Positions 47,570 to 60,312 of a DNA stretch of 64,000 nucleotides are shown here, in pieces. Both the position numbers and the translations under genes were made by a program. The notes under the pieces are model-generated. The model was given only the letters and a program-made list of their open reading frames with translations, ran no database searches and was not told the DNA's origin. Origin of the DNA: Mustelus asterias (lineage: Eukaryota); contig NW_027590213.1 in the NCBI RefSeq assembly GCF_964213995.1, forward strand, positions 558,001 to 622,000. Direction: 5' to 3'. Each line of letters begins with the position of its first letter. Positions within the stretch are counted from its first letter, which is position 1.

Positions 47570-48095
47570 TGTTTGGAGACTGGGCTCCGGCCGAGTAATG
47601 GCAGCCGCAGCTCCCACAATCCCCCGCGCTGAGAAAATCGCTCTCTTCGCCGGGTGGGACTGCGCATGATTAACCCAGAGAAGTTCTGCGCATGTGCGGA
47701 GGATAGCGTTTCCCATTGGCCAACAACTTCGAGCGATCCGGGGTCAAAGTGTCTCCCACTCACTTCCGCTGCACCACTGTCTTCATGAGGGCATTGACCA
47801 ATGGGAGGAATTGGAGGACCGGAAGGACACTGGTCCTCCAGCCAATCAGAGTGCGGGCTTTGTGACAATGCAGATTGGGTTTCAGACAGACTGAAACCTC
47901 CTCCTGTCGTCAACATCTGTCAGTAAAACACTTTGTTTTCTTCTCTCCTTTTTCTTCTCATTCTGGGGTTAAATTGGGGACTTGCAGCAACTGAAGGGAA
48001 AGGAAGTGAATTCAGGGAGGCTGCAGACTCTGGAAAGGTTGGCCCAGGTATCTCTCTCCCTCTTAAAGACATTGCCATCCTTTGCTTCCTCAACT
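47570..48095 (+). promoter_or_regulatory. Promoter and leader module of ZNF 49343-50557
   Basis: TGCGCATG sites, CACTTCCG ETS site, twin CCAAT module paralogous to ~8015-8125, leader module ~47950-48090. Confidence 0.7.
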
Positions 48096-49342
48096 TGTCA
48101 CATTTATTTGTCTGGTTAAGAGGATGGTCTCTTTCCTAATGTTCACAATTTAAAGGGATGATTTCCCGAGGAAATAGCTGAAATTTAAGGGGCAGTAAAT
48201 TAATATAGGACAGAGATGTGTGCAGTCTTGTAATATGGTACAAATTAGATATATTATGCATGGTCCAGTAATAAAGTTCATTTTTTATTATTTTTAGTTT
48301 TGTTAATACTGTAACTAAGTAGTTTATTTTCAGTAATCGGGTTATTGTATCACACAAGGAGTCGATTCAGCAACTCAAGTCCATGCTAACTCTCTGTAGA
48401 GCAATCCAGTCAGTCCCATTCCCCCTTAAGTTCATAAGATATAGGAGTATAATTAGGCTATTTGGCCCATCGAGTCCACTCCGCCATTCAATCATGGCTG
48501 ATATGCTCCTCATCCCGTCTGTATCCCTGTTCCCCTGCCAGTCTATTTTGACTGCCCATCTAATTTCATTTTGAAATATTGAATGTATCAAAATGCACCA
48601 CCCTCATAGCCAAAAAATTGATATTCAAGAACGTTCACTGTTGAAATGTTCTATCTCATAGCCTTGCTGTACTTCTAATTATTAAACTGGTCCCCTATGT
48701 TACATACATTTTACTTCGCTAAGTATATTTAGGTATTTAGACGAGCAACCTGCATGAAGATATCTCAGTGCTGGAGAAGAAGGACTGAGCATGGATTTGT
48801 TGATCAGCATGAATCAACACCTTCAGGAGAATTGGAAGGGTGTATTATACAGACAGCAGAGTGAGGATACAGGGATAGGGTGTGGGATGGAGATGTACAG
48901 ATCCAGAGGAACGAGAAAGGAAGAAATGTTCCACAGAAACTAGAATTGTCTATTCTGAATTTCTGTTTGATACTGACAGTGATGACTTTTGTAAACTCAT
49001 TTTACAGGAAGTTATAAGGGGAAGATTTGCTGCCAGCAATCTCAAAACATGTTAAGGCTTAATAGAGTCACTCAAATTATCAGAACCTGAATATCATCAG
49101 ACTTTGAATCGAGAAGAAGAAATATTTATCTGTTTTTTCTGTCACATCAGTGTGACTGGAAAGGCACCAAGGAACACAGAGCTGAGTGAGAGTGTCCAGT
49201 ACACTGACTGTCAAAAGACCAGTTACACAGACTGCAAAAATATCACATCATTTACAGCGGGGACAGACAGTACACATGCTCTATGAATGGATGAGGATTT
49301 AACTGATTGTTAAACCTGGAAAGACACAAGGACATCCACACC

Positions 49343-50557
49343 ATGGAGAAACCGGGGAAAGATGAGGATTGTGGTAAGGAATTCCGTATCCCGTCTGCAC
49401 TGCAAACTCATCAACATATTCACACTGGGGAGAGACTGTTCCCCTGCTCCAAGTGTGGGGAAGGAGACTGCTCCCCATCTGCCCTGAAGATTCATCAATG
49501 CAGCCACACTGGGGAGAGGCCCTTCATCTGCTCCGAGTGTGGGAAGGGTTTTCTCCAGGCAGCCGACCTGTGGAATCACCAAGCAGTTCACAGTAGGGAG
49601 AGGCTGTACACCTGCTCTGATTGTGGGAAGGGATTCACTCAGTTATCCCACCTGCTGACACACCAGCAAGTTCACACTGGGGAAAAACCGTTCAACTGCT
49701 CTGAGTGTGGGAAGCAATTCAATCATTCATCTGAACTTTTGAATCACCAACAAATCCACACCGGAAAGCGACCATTCACCTGCTCCGACTGTGGAAAGGG
49801 TTTCACTCAGTCATCTCACCTGCAGATACACCAGCGAGCCCACACTAAGGAGAGGCCTTTCAACTGCTCTGAGTGCAGGAAGTGTTTTATTCAGTTATCA
49901 CACCTAGTGACTCACCAGGGAGTCCACAGGAGGGAGAGGCCGTTCCCCTGCTCCGAGTGTGGGAAGCGTTTTATTCAGTTATCACACCTAGTGACACACC
50001 AAGGAACCCACACAAGGGAGAGGCCATTCAGCTGCCCCGAATGTGGGAAACGTTTTATCCAATCGTCACACCTAATGTCACACCAGGGAGTTCACAGCAG
50101 GGAGAGGCCATTCGTCTGCTCCGAGTGTGGGAGGCGTTTTATTCAATCATCCCACCTAGTGTCACACCAGGAGGTTCACACCAGGGAGAGGCCATTCACC
50201 TGTTCCGAGTGTGGCAGGGGATTCATTCAGTTATCCGACCTGCAGAATCACCAGCAAGTTCACACCGGGGAGAGGCCGTTCACCTGCTCTGAGTGTGGGA
50301 AGGGATTCACTCGTTCAGCTAACCTGCAGGCACACCGACGTGTTCACACCAGGGAGAGACCATTCACCTGCTCTGAGTGTGGGAAAGGATTCGCTCTTTC
50401 ATCTTATCTGCAGAGTCACCAGCAAGTTCACACCGGAGAGAGGCCGTTTATCTGCTCTGAGTGTGGAAAGGGATTCATGCAGTCATCCCACCTGCTGACA
50501 CACCAGCGAGTTCACAAGGATTCACAAAGGGATTCACTCAGTCATCCCACCTGCTGA
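49343..50557 (+). CDS. C2H2 zinc-finger protein, 13 intact fingers plus a degenerate first finger
   Basis: accATGG at 49343; open to 50557; the C-terminus is altered by a partial finger duplication. Confidence 0.88.
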   Translation: MEKPGKDEDCGKEFRIPSALQTHQHIHTGERLFPCSKCGEGDCSPSALKIHQCSHTGERPFICSECGKGFLQAADLWNHQAVHSRERLYTCSDCGKGFTQLSHLLTHQQVHTGEKPFNCSECGKQFNHSSELLNHQQIHTGKRPFTCSDCGKGFTQSSHLQIHQRAHTKERPFNCSECRKCFIQLSHLVTHQGVHRRERPFPCSECGKRFIQLSHLVTHQGTHTRERPFSCPECGKRFIQSSHLMSHQGVHSRERPFVCSECGRRFIQSSHLVSHQEVHTRERPFTCSECGRGFIQLSDLQNHQQVHTGERPFTCSECGKGFTRSANLQAHRRVHTRERPFTCSECGKGFALSSYLQSHQQVHTGERPFICSECGKGFMQSSHLLTHQRVHKDSQRDSLSHPTC

Positions 50558-51776
50558 GACACCAGTAAGTTCACAAGTGATGACAGTGGTTGGATTCTGC
50601 TGTTATTGCTGCTGTTAATCACATCCGGGACTGAACTATGTTCATTTTGACAATTGGTGAAGTGGGAGGGTTGGAGGGTTTCTTTCTGCTGGACTGGCCG
50701 GTCTCACAACTTTGTTTTCAGTGGACTGATGCTCTTTGAGTTTGGGAGAGCACATTTCCACTGAAATGATCCACAAAAAAAAAGCTGATGAATGTGCCAA
50801 CTCGACACAGCCACCCAAGGCCGGAATCAAACCTGGGTCCCTGGGGCTGTGAGCCAACTGGTCTAACCACTGTGCCACCATATCATGGACCCCGAGCAAA
50901 ACTGGAATCAATGGATATCAAGGGGCAAACTCTCTGCTGGTTGGACTTATACCTGGCAATTAGGAAGATGGTTGTGGTTGTGGAGGGTCAGTCATCTCAG
51001 CTCCAGGACATCAATGCAGGGATCTCTCAGGGTAGTGTCCGAGGCCCAACCATCTTCAGCTGCTTCATCAATAACCTTCCCTCCGTCATAAGGTCAGAAG
51101 TGGGGATGTCCGCCAATGAATACACAATGTTCAGCACCATTTGTGATTCCTCAGATACTGAAGCAGTCCATGTCCAAATACAACAATATCCAGGCTTGGG
51201 CTGACAAGTGGCAAGTAACATTCATGCCACATAAGTCCGAGGCAATGACCATCTCTAACAGGAGAAGATCTAACCATCACCCCTTGAGATTCAAGGGCAT
51301 TACCATCACTGAATCCCCCTTCCACTATCAACATCCTGGGGGGTTACATTGACCAGAAACCCATAGATACTGTGGCTACCAGAGCAGGTCAGAGACTGGC
51401 AGCCCTGAGGAGAGTAACTCACCTTCTGACTCCCCCACCCAAAGCCCGTCCACCATCTACATGACACAAGTCAGGAATGTGATGGAATACTCTCCACTTG
51501 CCTGAATGAGTGCAGCTCCCAACAACACTCAAGAAGCTCAAAACCATCCAGGACAAAGCAGCCCCACTTGATCAACACACTAACCACAAACATTCACTCC
51601 CTCTACCACCGACGGACAGTAGCAACAGTGTGTACCATCTACAAAATGCACTGCAGGAACTCACCAAGACTCCTTAGGCAGCATCTTACAGACCCAGAAA
51701 CATTACCATCTAGAAGGACAAGAGCAGCAGATACATGAGAATATCACCACCTGGAAGTTCCTCTCTAAGTCACTCA

Positions 51777-53238
51777 TGTCAGGAAAACAGAGATAGTTTT
51801 AAGTGATCTATGTTTCTATTGTTAAATATTAGAAATAAAGTATAGATTTAAGTAAGTTTGATTTAGTGTTTCTGTGTAGGAAGAGGAGAACTTTGGTTGG
51901 ATTAATGTTGAACAAAGGTGTTTGCATGTGTGGGGGATAGGTTTCAATTGAAATTGTATTCCTGTTGTGCTGAGAGAGTTTATGGCGTGAAAAATAAACG
52001 TGAAGTTGGAGAAGTAATGCATTGTTGCATAGCAACCAGGGGCACCTTTAGGGTGAGAAGGTTTTTGAGTGTAGTATTAGTTGAATTTATAGTCTTTGGT
52101 CGTGACTTTTAAGGGGCGTCTTGACAAATACATGAATAGGATGGGAATAGAGGGATATGGTCCCTGGAAGGGTAGGGGGTTTTAGTTCAGTCGGGCAGCA
52201 TGGCCGGTGCAGGCTTGGAGGGCTGAAGGGCCTGTTCCTGTGCTGTAATTTTCTTTGTTCTTTGTTCTATAGCAGTTGGGATGAGGAAACGAGAGAGTGA
52301 GCAGCTCTCAGCTCTACTAGAAGCAGGAAAGCCATACAATGGAGTAATGTGTGCGAAAGCAAGCTCCAGAGGAACTAAAGGACAGTTAGTTTGAGAAACC
52401 CGGGAATGGAAAAGAAGCTCCAGGAATATTGAAGAAAAAAAGGAACAGCATTGTCTTTTGAACAGGATACTATTCATGGAAGTTAAACTCAGACCTGGGA
52501 AGAAAAGAACTGATGAGGTTGGTGACAGACAAGCCGCATATCTGAATAGTGGGAAGGTTTGATGTCCTTAAATCCAGATTTTGAAGCAATTGTATTCTGT
52601 TACAGACTGATGATCTGAGTTTATGCAGAATTTTGGAAGCATGTTGCAATTCAAGGCAAAGGAATTCTGAGAGTTAAAAACCTAGAGGCAGCTTCTTGCT
52701 AAAAGAGTGGAGAGAAAGGCTTGTTTGAAAGGATAATTGGAAGACCTGGAAGTGGATCTTTGTTGAAAGCAATGGAGAGAAACTTGGTTTGGAAGGAGAT
52801 ATTAACACGTGTCTTTCTGAGAGCGGAGTTTGAAAACACTCGAGACAATCATCTGGGGGGGAAATTTGAGGAGAAATCCACAGAGGATCGATTGAGTTGC
52901 ATCTGCCACTTGGTTTCAGAGTGGGGGTTGTCTGATCACAGCTAACCTGTGGGTTTAAAGGAACCATGTGTTTCCTGAGAACATTATAGCATAAGGAATT
53001 TTAAATCTATGTTATCCTTGAAATCTGGATACATTTGTGAAGGTAAGTGTGAGTCAAGGAGTATTTTGTTATCGTCAAACTCTTCGTGTTTAATAAATAT
53101 TTTATTAAAAGCTAATTGGCAGTCCTGAGATTCTGTTCCTTTATGTTTTCTACAAAAAGTAAAAGTTGCAGTCTTTTGAGCCAGTGTTCCATCCTGGAAT
53201 CATCCTGTCCAATTATAACATCAACTGGGATCGTAACA
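51777..53238. mobile_element. Probable solo LTR with a nested CR1 3' end (~52098-52266)
   Basis: TG...CA termini (tgtcagga...tcgtaaca), 4-bp TSD ctca, interrupts the LINE cleanly. Confidence 0.65.
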
Positions 53239-53379
53239 CTCACATCTTGACTTCAAAATATATCGCTGTTCCTTTGCTGTCACTGGACCAGAATCCTGGA
53301 GCTTCCTCCCAAACAAGTGTGGGTGTCCCTACACCACAGGGATTGCTGTGGTTCTAGAAGGCAGCTCAACACCACCTTC

Positions 53380-53762
53380 GGTGGCTAAGAGGGGATCTTA
53401 TTGAAACATATAAGATGATTAGAGGTTTAGATAGGGTGGATAGTGATAGCCTTTTTCCTCTGATGGAGAAATCCAGCACGAGGGGGCATGGCTTTAAATT
53501 GAGGGGGGGTAGTTATAGAACCGATGTCAGGGGTAGGTTCTTTACCCAGAGGGTGGTGAGGGATTGGAATGCCCTGCCAGCATCAGTAGTAAATGCGCCT
53601 AGTTTGGGGGCGTTTAAGAGATCCGTAGATAGGTTCATGGACGAAAAGAAATTGGTTTAGGTTGGAGGGTCACAGTTTTTTTTTTTAACTGGTCGGTGCA
53701 ACATCGTGGGCCGAAGGGCCTGTTCTGCGCTGTAATGTTCTATGTTCTATGTTCTATGTTCT
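53380..53762 (+). mobile_element. Young CR1 LINE 3' end
   Basis: ORF 53415-53660; (ttctatg)n tail. Confidence 0.85.
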
Positions 53763-54369
53763 CAAGGCCATTTAGAAATGGGCAATAAATGCTGACCTAG
53801 CCAGTGAGGCCCACCTTTTATTATTCAGGGCAGGCTGTGGGCTTTGACCTCTGTAAACGAATAAAAAATAAGGTAATACCTGTTTTTAGCCCATTGAATT
53901 GGTTTTCAATGACAGCATTGTCTTCTCCCTTGTTCTTATGTCCTGGGCCTATTACACGGTTATACTTGAAGGAATAGAGCCAGCCTGACTCCACTGTGTT
54001 ATCTCTGACACTGTTATCATTCCCTAAGCTGCTACAGACTAGTTCATTAGCTCAAACAAACACATCTTTCTCACAGTGTGAGGCCAGTTTCCTGCACAAT
54101 TTAATTCATTTTGCAGACATTGCTAATTCCAGCAAGGCTGCGACTTGACTACATTGACCAGCATGCTTTGCACATTGAACCCACAATGCAGTTCAGTGCA
54201 GTTCTTCAGATATGCTCAGTCTGGGTTCTTCTATCACCCTCGATATTTCCTGTTACCACCATGAGAGACTCCACACACAGCGTTACACCACAACCCGTGA
54301 ACACTGATTAATATAAAATAAATAAAGTTACAAACTGACTGCACATTAAAAAGGTCCATAATACATTGG

Positions 54370-56700
54370 TTTCCAATAGAGCCATTGTAATAAAAGCCAA
54401 TGAAGTTATGCTGAAGCTTTATGAAGCACTGTTTAAACCACAATGGGAATATTGTGTTCATATCCAGACAGCACGCTTTAGGAATGATGGGATGGTCCTT
54501 GAGAAGGTGCGGAGGTTCACCAGAATGGTTCCAGCAATGAAGGATTTTAACTCCAAGGTCAGGTTTGAGAAGTTGGAGTTATTCTCCCTGGAATGAAGGA
54601 GGCTAAGGGAAGATCTGATAGAGGTGAACACTATTATGACAGGTTTAGATCAAGTGGATACAGAAATTGGCCACGATTGACAGAGACTGCTGGAGGCAAG
54701 GCTATTGGTTAATATAACTTTTTATTGCACCTTCTTCTAAATATGTACAGCACAAGGCTCAGCAGACAACCATCTCTCAGCAAACTCTTATCATCTGATC
54801 TTACATCACTGGGTAGAATATTTACAAATTTAACATTGACCCTTTACACTGCACCAAGTCTTCAGTCAGCCTCCTAACATCCCCTCAGTGTCAGTTGTCT
54901 GATTTATCAATTGATGTTTCTGAGATTCACCTTGGGACACTCTCCTACATTGAAGGTCTGATGTAAACAAAAGTTATTTTTTAAATCTCATTGTAACAGA
55001 CTGAGGAAGTCAGGATTAAAACAATATCTGGGTAAATGGAATTAGGTCACAGATCAGCCATGACCTCAGTGAATGAGAGAACAGGCTTGAGGGGATAAAT
55101 GACCTCCTCCTGTTCCTGGTAAACTTGGACTCAGACACCAGCTGATGAATGGAAAGTGATGGGAGACCTGGGGAGAAGAGACTTCATCAGAAACCAGCAC
55201 TGGAGCAGAGTTAGAGAGTGGGAGAATCCTGGGGAGAAACTACACAGGAACTGGAGCAGGTTGTTCAGCCCTTCCAGTCTGCTCTGTCATTCAGTTAGAC
55301 CCTGGCTGGTCAATTAGTTTATCATCAAGATTTATTTGATTCTATTCTGTAGATTAAGCTGCAGCTCAGTTTTATGGGAAATTAACATCAGCAGAAACAA
55401 ACTCCAACTATCACAATGGGAACATGTGAATTAGGAGCAGGAGAAGGCCACTCGGCCCCTCGAGCCTGCTCCACCATTCAATAGGATCCCGGCTGATGTG
55501 ATTGTAGCTTCAACTCCACTTTCCTTCTTACCCCTCACACCCTTTGACTCTCTTGTCAATCAAGAATCTATTAAATTCAGACTTCAGAATATTCAGTGAG
55601 CCAGCCTCCACCACTCTCTGTGGAAGAGAATTCCACACTGTAACAACCCTCTGAGAGAAGTCTTAAATGGGAGACCCCTTATTTTTAAACTGTGCCTCTA
55701 GTTCTCCTCTCTCGACAATCAACATCCACTCTGTCAAGTCCCCTCTGAATTTTATGTTTCAATCAGATCCTCTCTCATTCTTCTAAACCCCAATAGATAC
55801 AGGCCGAACATGTCCAACTTTTCCTCGTATGATAACTCCCTCATCCCAGGAATCAGTCAAGTAAACCTTCTCTGAACTACTTCTCACACAAGTCCTCTCT
55901 TAAGTAAGGAGACCAAAACTGTACACCATGCTCTAGATGTGGTCTCACCAATACCCTGAACAAATATAGCAAAACATCCCTGCAATAAACAACAATTCAT
56001 TTACCTTTCTAATCATTTGCTGTGTCCACACACTAACGTTTCCTGATTACAGTACCAGGACACCCAGATCCCTCTGTACCTCAAAGTTCTGCAATCGCTC
56101 GCTTTAAATAATCAACTGCTTTTCCATCCTTCCTGTCCAAATGGACAAGTTCACATTATCCAAAAATCTTGTTCCAGCTGCCAACCTTTTACCCACTCAC
56201 TGACCCTATCTATATTACTTTACAGGCTTGTTATGGTCATTCACATCTCACTTTCCTACCTACCTTTGTGTTATCAACAAATTTTGATCCTGTCATCCAC
56301 ATCATGAAAATAGTTTGTCAATAGTTGAGGGCCCAGCACTGGTCCCTGTGGCACTCCACAGGCTACATTTTGCCATCCCAAAAATGACTCATTTCTCCCT
56401 CCTGTTTCCTATTAGCTCATCAATCCTCTATCCATGCTAATATAAAGAATCAAAGTGGATGGGATGCTAATATGTTATGCCTTATGCTACAAATTCTTAT
56501 TTAGTGTGGTGAACTTTGATGTGGCACCTTGTCAAATGCCTTCTGGAAATCTAAATACACCACATCCACAGGTTCCACTTTATCCACATTGCTTGTTACT
56601 TCCTCAAAGAAATCCAATAAATCAATTAACATGATTTCCCTTGCACAAAACCATGTTGACTCTGCCTGATTGCACAGAGATTATCTGTGTCCCACCCCAG
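54370..56700. mobile_element. Old CR1 fragments (~54370-54660 on +, ~55430-56700 on -)
   Basis: LKLYEALFKPQWEYC motif; decayed minus-strand RT and 3' UTR. Confidence 0.65.
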
Positions 56701-56716
56701 TCTCCTTAATAACAGA

Positions 56717-56880
56717 ATGAACATGATTCAGTCCTGCATGGGATTACTTATTTACTAATTACTTAAATAATAGATAGATAAATAAATGAACATGATTCAG
56801 TCCTGCATGGGATTACTTATTAATTACTTCAATAACAGATAGATAAATAAATAAATGAACATGATTCAGTCCTGCATGGG
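56717..56880. repeat. Three ~69-bp tandem copies of the ZNF stop region
   Basis: atgaacatgattcagtcctgcatggg at ~56717, ~56786 and ~56855. Confidence 0.85.
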
Positions 56881-58182
56881 GTGAGCAGCAACAGCAGAAT
56901 CCAACCCCTGCAGTGACTTGTGAACTTGCTGGTGTCTCAGTAGATTGGCTGACCAAGCAAATCTCTTCCCACATACGGAGCAGGTGAACGATCTCTCTCC
57001 TGTGTGAACCTGCTGGTGTCTCAGCAGGTGGGATGACTGAGTGAACCTTTTCCCACACATGGAGCAGGTGAATGATCTCTCTCCAGTGTGAATTTGCTGG
57101 TGTCTCAGCAGGTCCTTAGAGCTTTTAAAGCTTTTCTCACAGTCAGAACACTTAAAAGGTCTCTGATCAGTGTGGACTAGTTGATGTGCAATGAGCTGGG
57201 GTGGCTGAGTGAATCGTTTCCCACATGTGGAGCAAGTGAAGGGTTTCTCCCCAGTGTGAATCCGCTCGTGTATCAGGAGGTGAGGTGAATCAGTGAATCC
57301 CTTCCCACACACACAGCAAATGAATGGTTTCTCCCCGGTGTGAACTCGCTGGTGTCTCAGACAGTGGGATGAATGGGTGAATCCCATCCCACACACCGAG
57401 CAGGTGAACGGTTTCTCCCCAGTGTGAACTCGCTGGTGTGTCACCAAATCCTGTTTACTTTTAAAGCCCTTCTCACAGTCAGAACACTGAAATGGTCTCT
57501 TATCAGAGTGAACTCGCTGGTGTGTTTGCAGCTGGGATAAACGTCCGAATCTCCTCTCACACACGGAGCAGGTGAATGGCTTCTCCCCAGTGTGAGTGCG
57601 CTGATGGACTTGTAAATCATATTTACTTTTAAATCTCTTCTCACAGTCAGAACATTGAAATGGTCTCTGATCAGTGTGAACAAGTTGGTGTGTCAGAAGG
57701 TGGGATGACTGAGTGAATCCCTTCCCACACACTGAGCAGGTGAACGGTCTCACCGCCATGTGAGTGCGCTGGTGTCTCAGGAGGTCCTTTGTGCTTTTAA
57801 AGCTTTTCTCACAATCAGAACACTGAAACAGTCTCTGATCGGAGTGAACCTGCCGGTGAATCAGGAGGCTTGATAAAGCATGACATCCCCTCCCACATTC
57901 GAGGCAGGTGAATGGCCTCTCTCCAGTGTGAACACGCCGGTGTGTATAGAGGCTGGATGAGTAAGCAAATCCTTTCCCACACTCAGAGCAGGTGAACGGC
58001 CTCTCTCCAGTGTGAATGCGACGATGAATATCCAATTCGGACGGGTAATTGAAGCCCCTCCCACAGTCCATACATTTCAATGGTTTCTCTGAGCTGCCGG
58101 TGTCCTCGTGTGACTCCAGGTTGGATGATGAGTTGAAGCCTCGTTTACACAGAATATGCGTCGGGTCACTACTCACTGACAA
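56866..58182 (-). CDS. C2H2 zinc-finger protein, 14 fingers, with translated tail SLQGLDSAVAAHPMQD; start uncertain (TTG, no ATG before finger 1)
   Basis: 438-codon open frame, all fingers intact. Confidence 0.8.
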   Translation of the reverse strand: MSVSSDPTHILCKRGFNSSSNLESHEDTGSSEKPLKCMDCGRGFNYPSELDIHRRIHTGERPFTCSECGKGFAYSSSLYTHRRVHTGERPFTCLECGRGCHALSSLLIHRQVHSDQRLFQCSDCEKSFKSTKDLLRHQRTHMAVRPFTCSVCGKGFTQSSHLLTHQLVHTDQRPFQCSDCEKRFKSKYDLQVHQRTHTGEKPFTCSVCERRFGRLSQLQTHQRVHSDKRPFQCSDCEKGFKSKQDLVTHQRVHTGEKPFTCSVCGMGFTHSSHCLRHQRVHTGEKPFICCVCGKGFTDSPHLLIHERIHTGEKPFTCSTCGKRFTQPPQLIAHQLVHTDQRPFKCSDCEKSFKSSKDLLRHQQIHTGERSFTCSMCGKRFTQSSHLLRHQQVHTGERSFTCSVCGKRFAWSANLLRHQQVHKSLQGLDSAVAAHPMQD

Positions 58183-58489
58183 TGATGTGATTGTTTTTCA
58201 GACTTGTTAAACCACTTTCCACATTCAGCACATTGGAAACTCTCAGGTGTGTGTGTGTCAATGTGCTTTTTCAGTCACACTGATGTTTGAAATCTTTGCC
58301 CGCAGACAGAATAAACATTTCTCCTTCTGTAGACAAAGGCTGATTATATTCAGTTTCTGATTAATCAAATCACTGAAACAGATCTTGATGTGAAGTTTGG
58401 TTTGAGTTTCATATCTGTAAATCTTGCTTCATAATACCCTGCAAAAACAGTTTACAAATACCATCACTGTCAGTGCAGGATAGAAATTC

Positions 58490-59600
58490 TGAAATTTCTC
58501 TGGAACATATTTTCCTCTCTTGTTCCCCCAAATCTATAAATCCCCGTCCCACACACTCTCCCCCCTCCCTGGGCTGAAATCCAAACCCATCTCAACATCT
58601 CCACCATTTCTTCCCTCCACTCCCAGTTTTCTCCCTCCCTCTCCTCTGTCTGGGTTCAGTTCTTGATGTGGAAATCTCACTAACTGTCCTGGCTGGAGAC
58701 AATACACATCTCTTTAACCTGTGCTTAACCCTCTCTCCACTCACATTTTCTGTACCTTTAAGACTTGATTGCCTGTAAAGACTCGCATTCCAACCATTAT
58801 CTTGTAAATTGAGTTTGTGTCAATATATATGCCCTGTTTATGAACACAAGTCCCACTCACCTGATGAAGGAGCAGTGATCCGAAAGCGAGTGCCTTTTGC
58901 TACCAAATAAACCTGTTGGACTTTAACCTGGTGTTGTGAGTCTTCTTACTGGGTTCAGTTCTCCAGCTCCTGTCTGCAGACTGACAATAAAACCAATGGG
59001 TCTTATTGGGGGTGTTGGGGCCTCCAGCGGGTGTTTGTGAATCCTCCCCGCCCACCTCCCAGGGTTTCCTTCCTTCCCAGAGATCAGAGTCCTCATTGAT
59101 TTGAAGCAAAAGTGTAACCTCTTATTTATTGTCCCCCTCCCCCATCCTCTGATGTGAACCATCCTCCAGTGGCTGAGCCAGGATGGGGCCGTTAACCTGG
59201 GCCTGTTCCCGGGAAGGAGGGAGGGAGGGAGAAGCCCCGCAGCTGCAAACCAGGGAGCTGACAATGATTCTGAAGGGTTTGCGGATCCACAAAGTGTTTC
59301 CAAATCCTCCCAGCCACCGCCTAACGCTGACTCCGCTTCTCCGGGACAAACAAGCGCCAAGGACAGCAATGACACTGCGCATGCTCCGGATCACAATGCC
59401 TGGGGACTGATTGACGGCAGCCCCGGACCAATAGGAAGAGGGGGCGGTGCTGGAGGACCGAGCGGGAGCGGCTGGTCCTCCAACCAATCGGAGTGAATGA
59501 GGGGCGGGACTGGAGGACCGGTCGGGCGGCTGGCCCTCCAACCAATCCGAGTGAATGGGGGGGGGGAGGGACCTGAGGCATGCGCAGTGCGGGTAATGGC
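58490..59600 (-). promoter_or_regulatory. 5' leader and promoter of ZNF 56866-58182, paralog of ~14090-14830
   Basis: High identity by eye; triple CCAAT, GC boxes, NRF1-like GCATGCGCA. Confidence 0.7.
58664..58948 (+). mobile_element. Penelope pseudo-LTR insert with a decayed hammerhead (58858-58892)
   Basis: 14-bp TSD ctgggttcagttct at 58650-58663 and 58949-58962; empty paralogous site at ~14232. Confidence 0.85.
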
Positions 59601-59856
59601 GACGGACAGACGGTTTTAACTTGGAAGCGAGATCAATACGAGGTAGAGGGCGGCGTGCGGGGAATGATAAATGTGGCGGGTGGGTGGAGAGGCTTTGTAA
59701 ACATGTTGTTCAAACCCAGACCCCGGAAATGAACTTCCCGGTCCCCCCCTTTGTACCAAATGGAGCGGCAGCTTGTAGTGTTAGACCCGGGCTGACTGCC
59801 GCCATTGAGGCTGCAGGTGGGAGGCCGGCAGGGATTGTGATCGGAGAGGGAAGCCC

Positions 59857-59963
59857 TGACGTCACAATGGAATGGGTGAGAGTGTGATGTCACAATGGAA
59901 TGGGTCAGAGTGTGACGTCACAATGGAATGGGTCAGAGTGTGACGTCACAATGGAATGGGTGA
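59857..59963. repeat. 28-bp tandem repeat, each unit carrying a CRE (TGACGTCA)
   Basis: Units at 59857, 59885 (TGATGTCA), 59913 and 59941. Confidence 0.9.
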
Positions 59964-60017
59964 GGGTTCCAGATGAGCTGAGACTGGGCTGGAGTCGGGC
60001 GATGACACTGACATGTG

Positions 60018-60312
60018 GCCCGGTGGCACAGTGGTTAGTGCAGCTGCCTAACAGCGCCAGGGACCCGGGTTCAATTCCAGCCTCGGGTCGCTGTCTGTGC
60101 AGAGTTTCTACATTCTCCCCGCGTCTGTGTGGGTTTCCCCCGGGTGTTCCGGTTTCCTTCCACAGTCCAAAGATGTGCCGGTTAGACGCATTGGCCATGA
60201 TAAATTGTCACTTGGTATTAGGGGGATTAACAGGTAAATATGTGGATAGGGCCTGGATGGGATTGTTGTCGGTGCAGGCTCGATGGGCTGAATGGCCTCC
60301 TTCTACACTGTA
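60018..60312 (+). mobile_element. tRNA-derived SINE
   Basis: Head ggtggcacagtggttagtgcagctgcc...ggttcaattcc. Confidence 0.8.

Larger units (their letters stand above)
50890..53815 (+). mobile_element. L2/CR1-group LINE 3' half, split by a solo LTR and a CR1 tail
   Basis: QGSVRGPTIFSCFIN RT motif; sequence resumes at 53239 and ~53762; tail gggcaataaatgctg. Confidence 0.7.
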
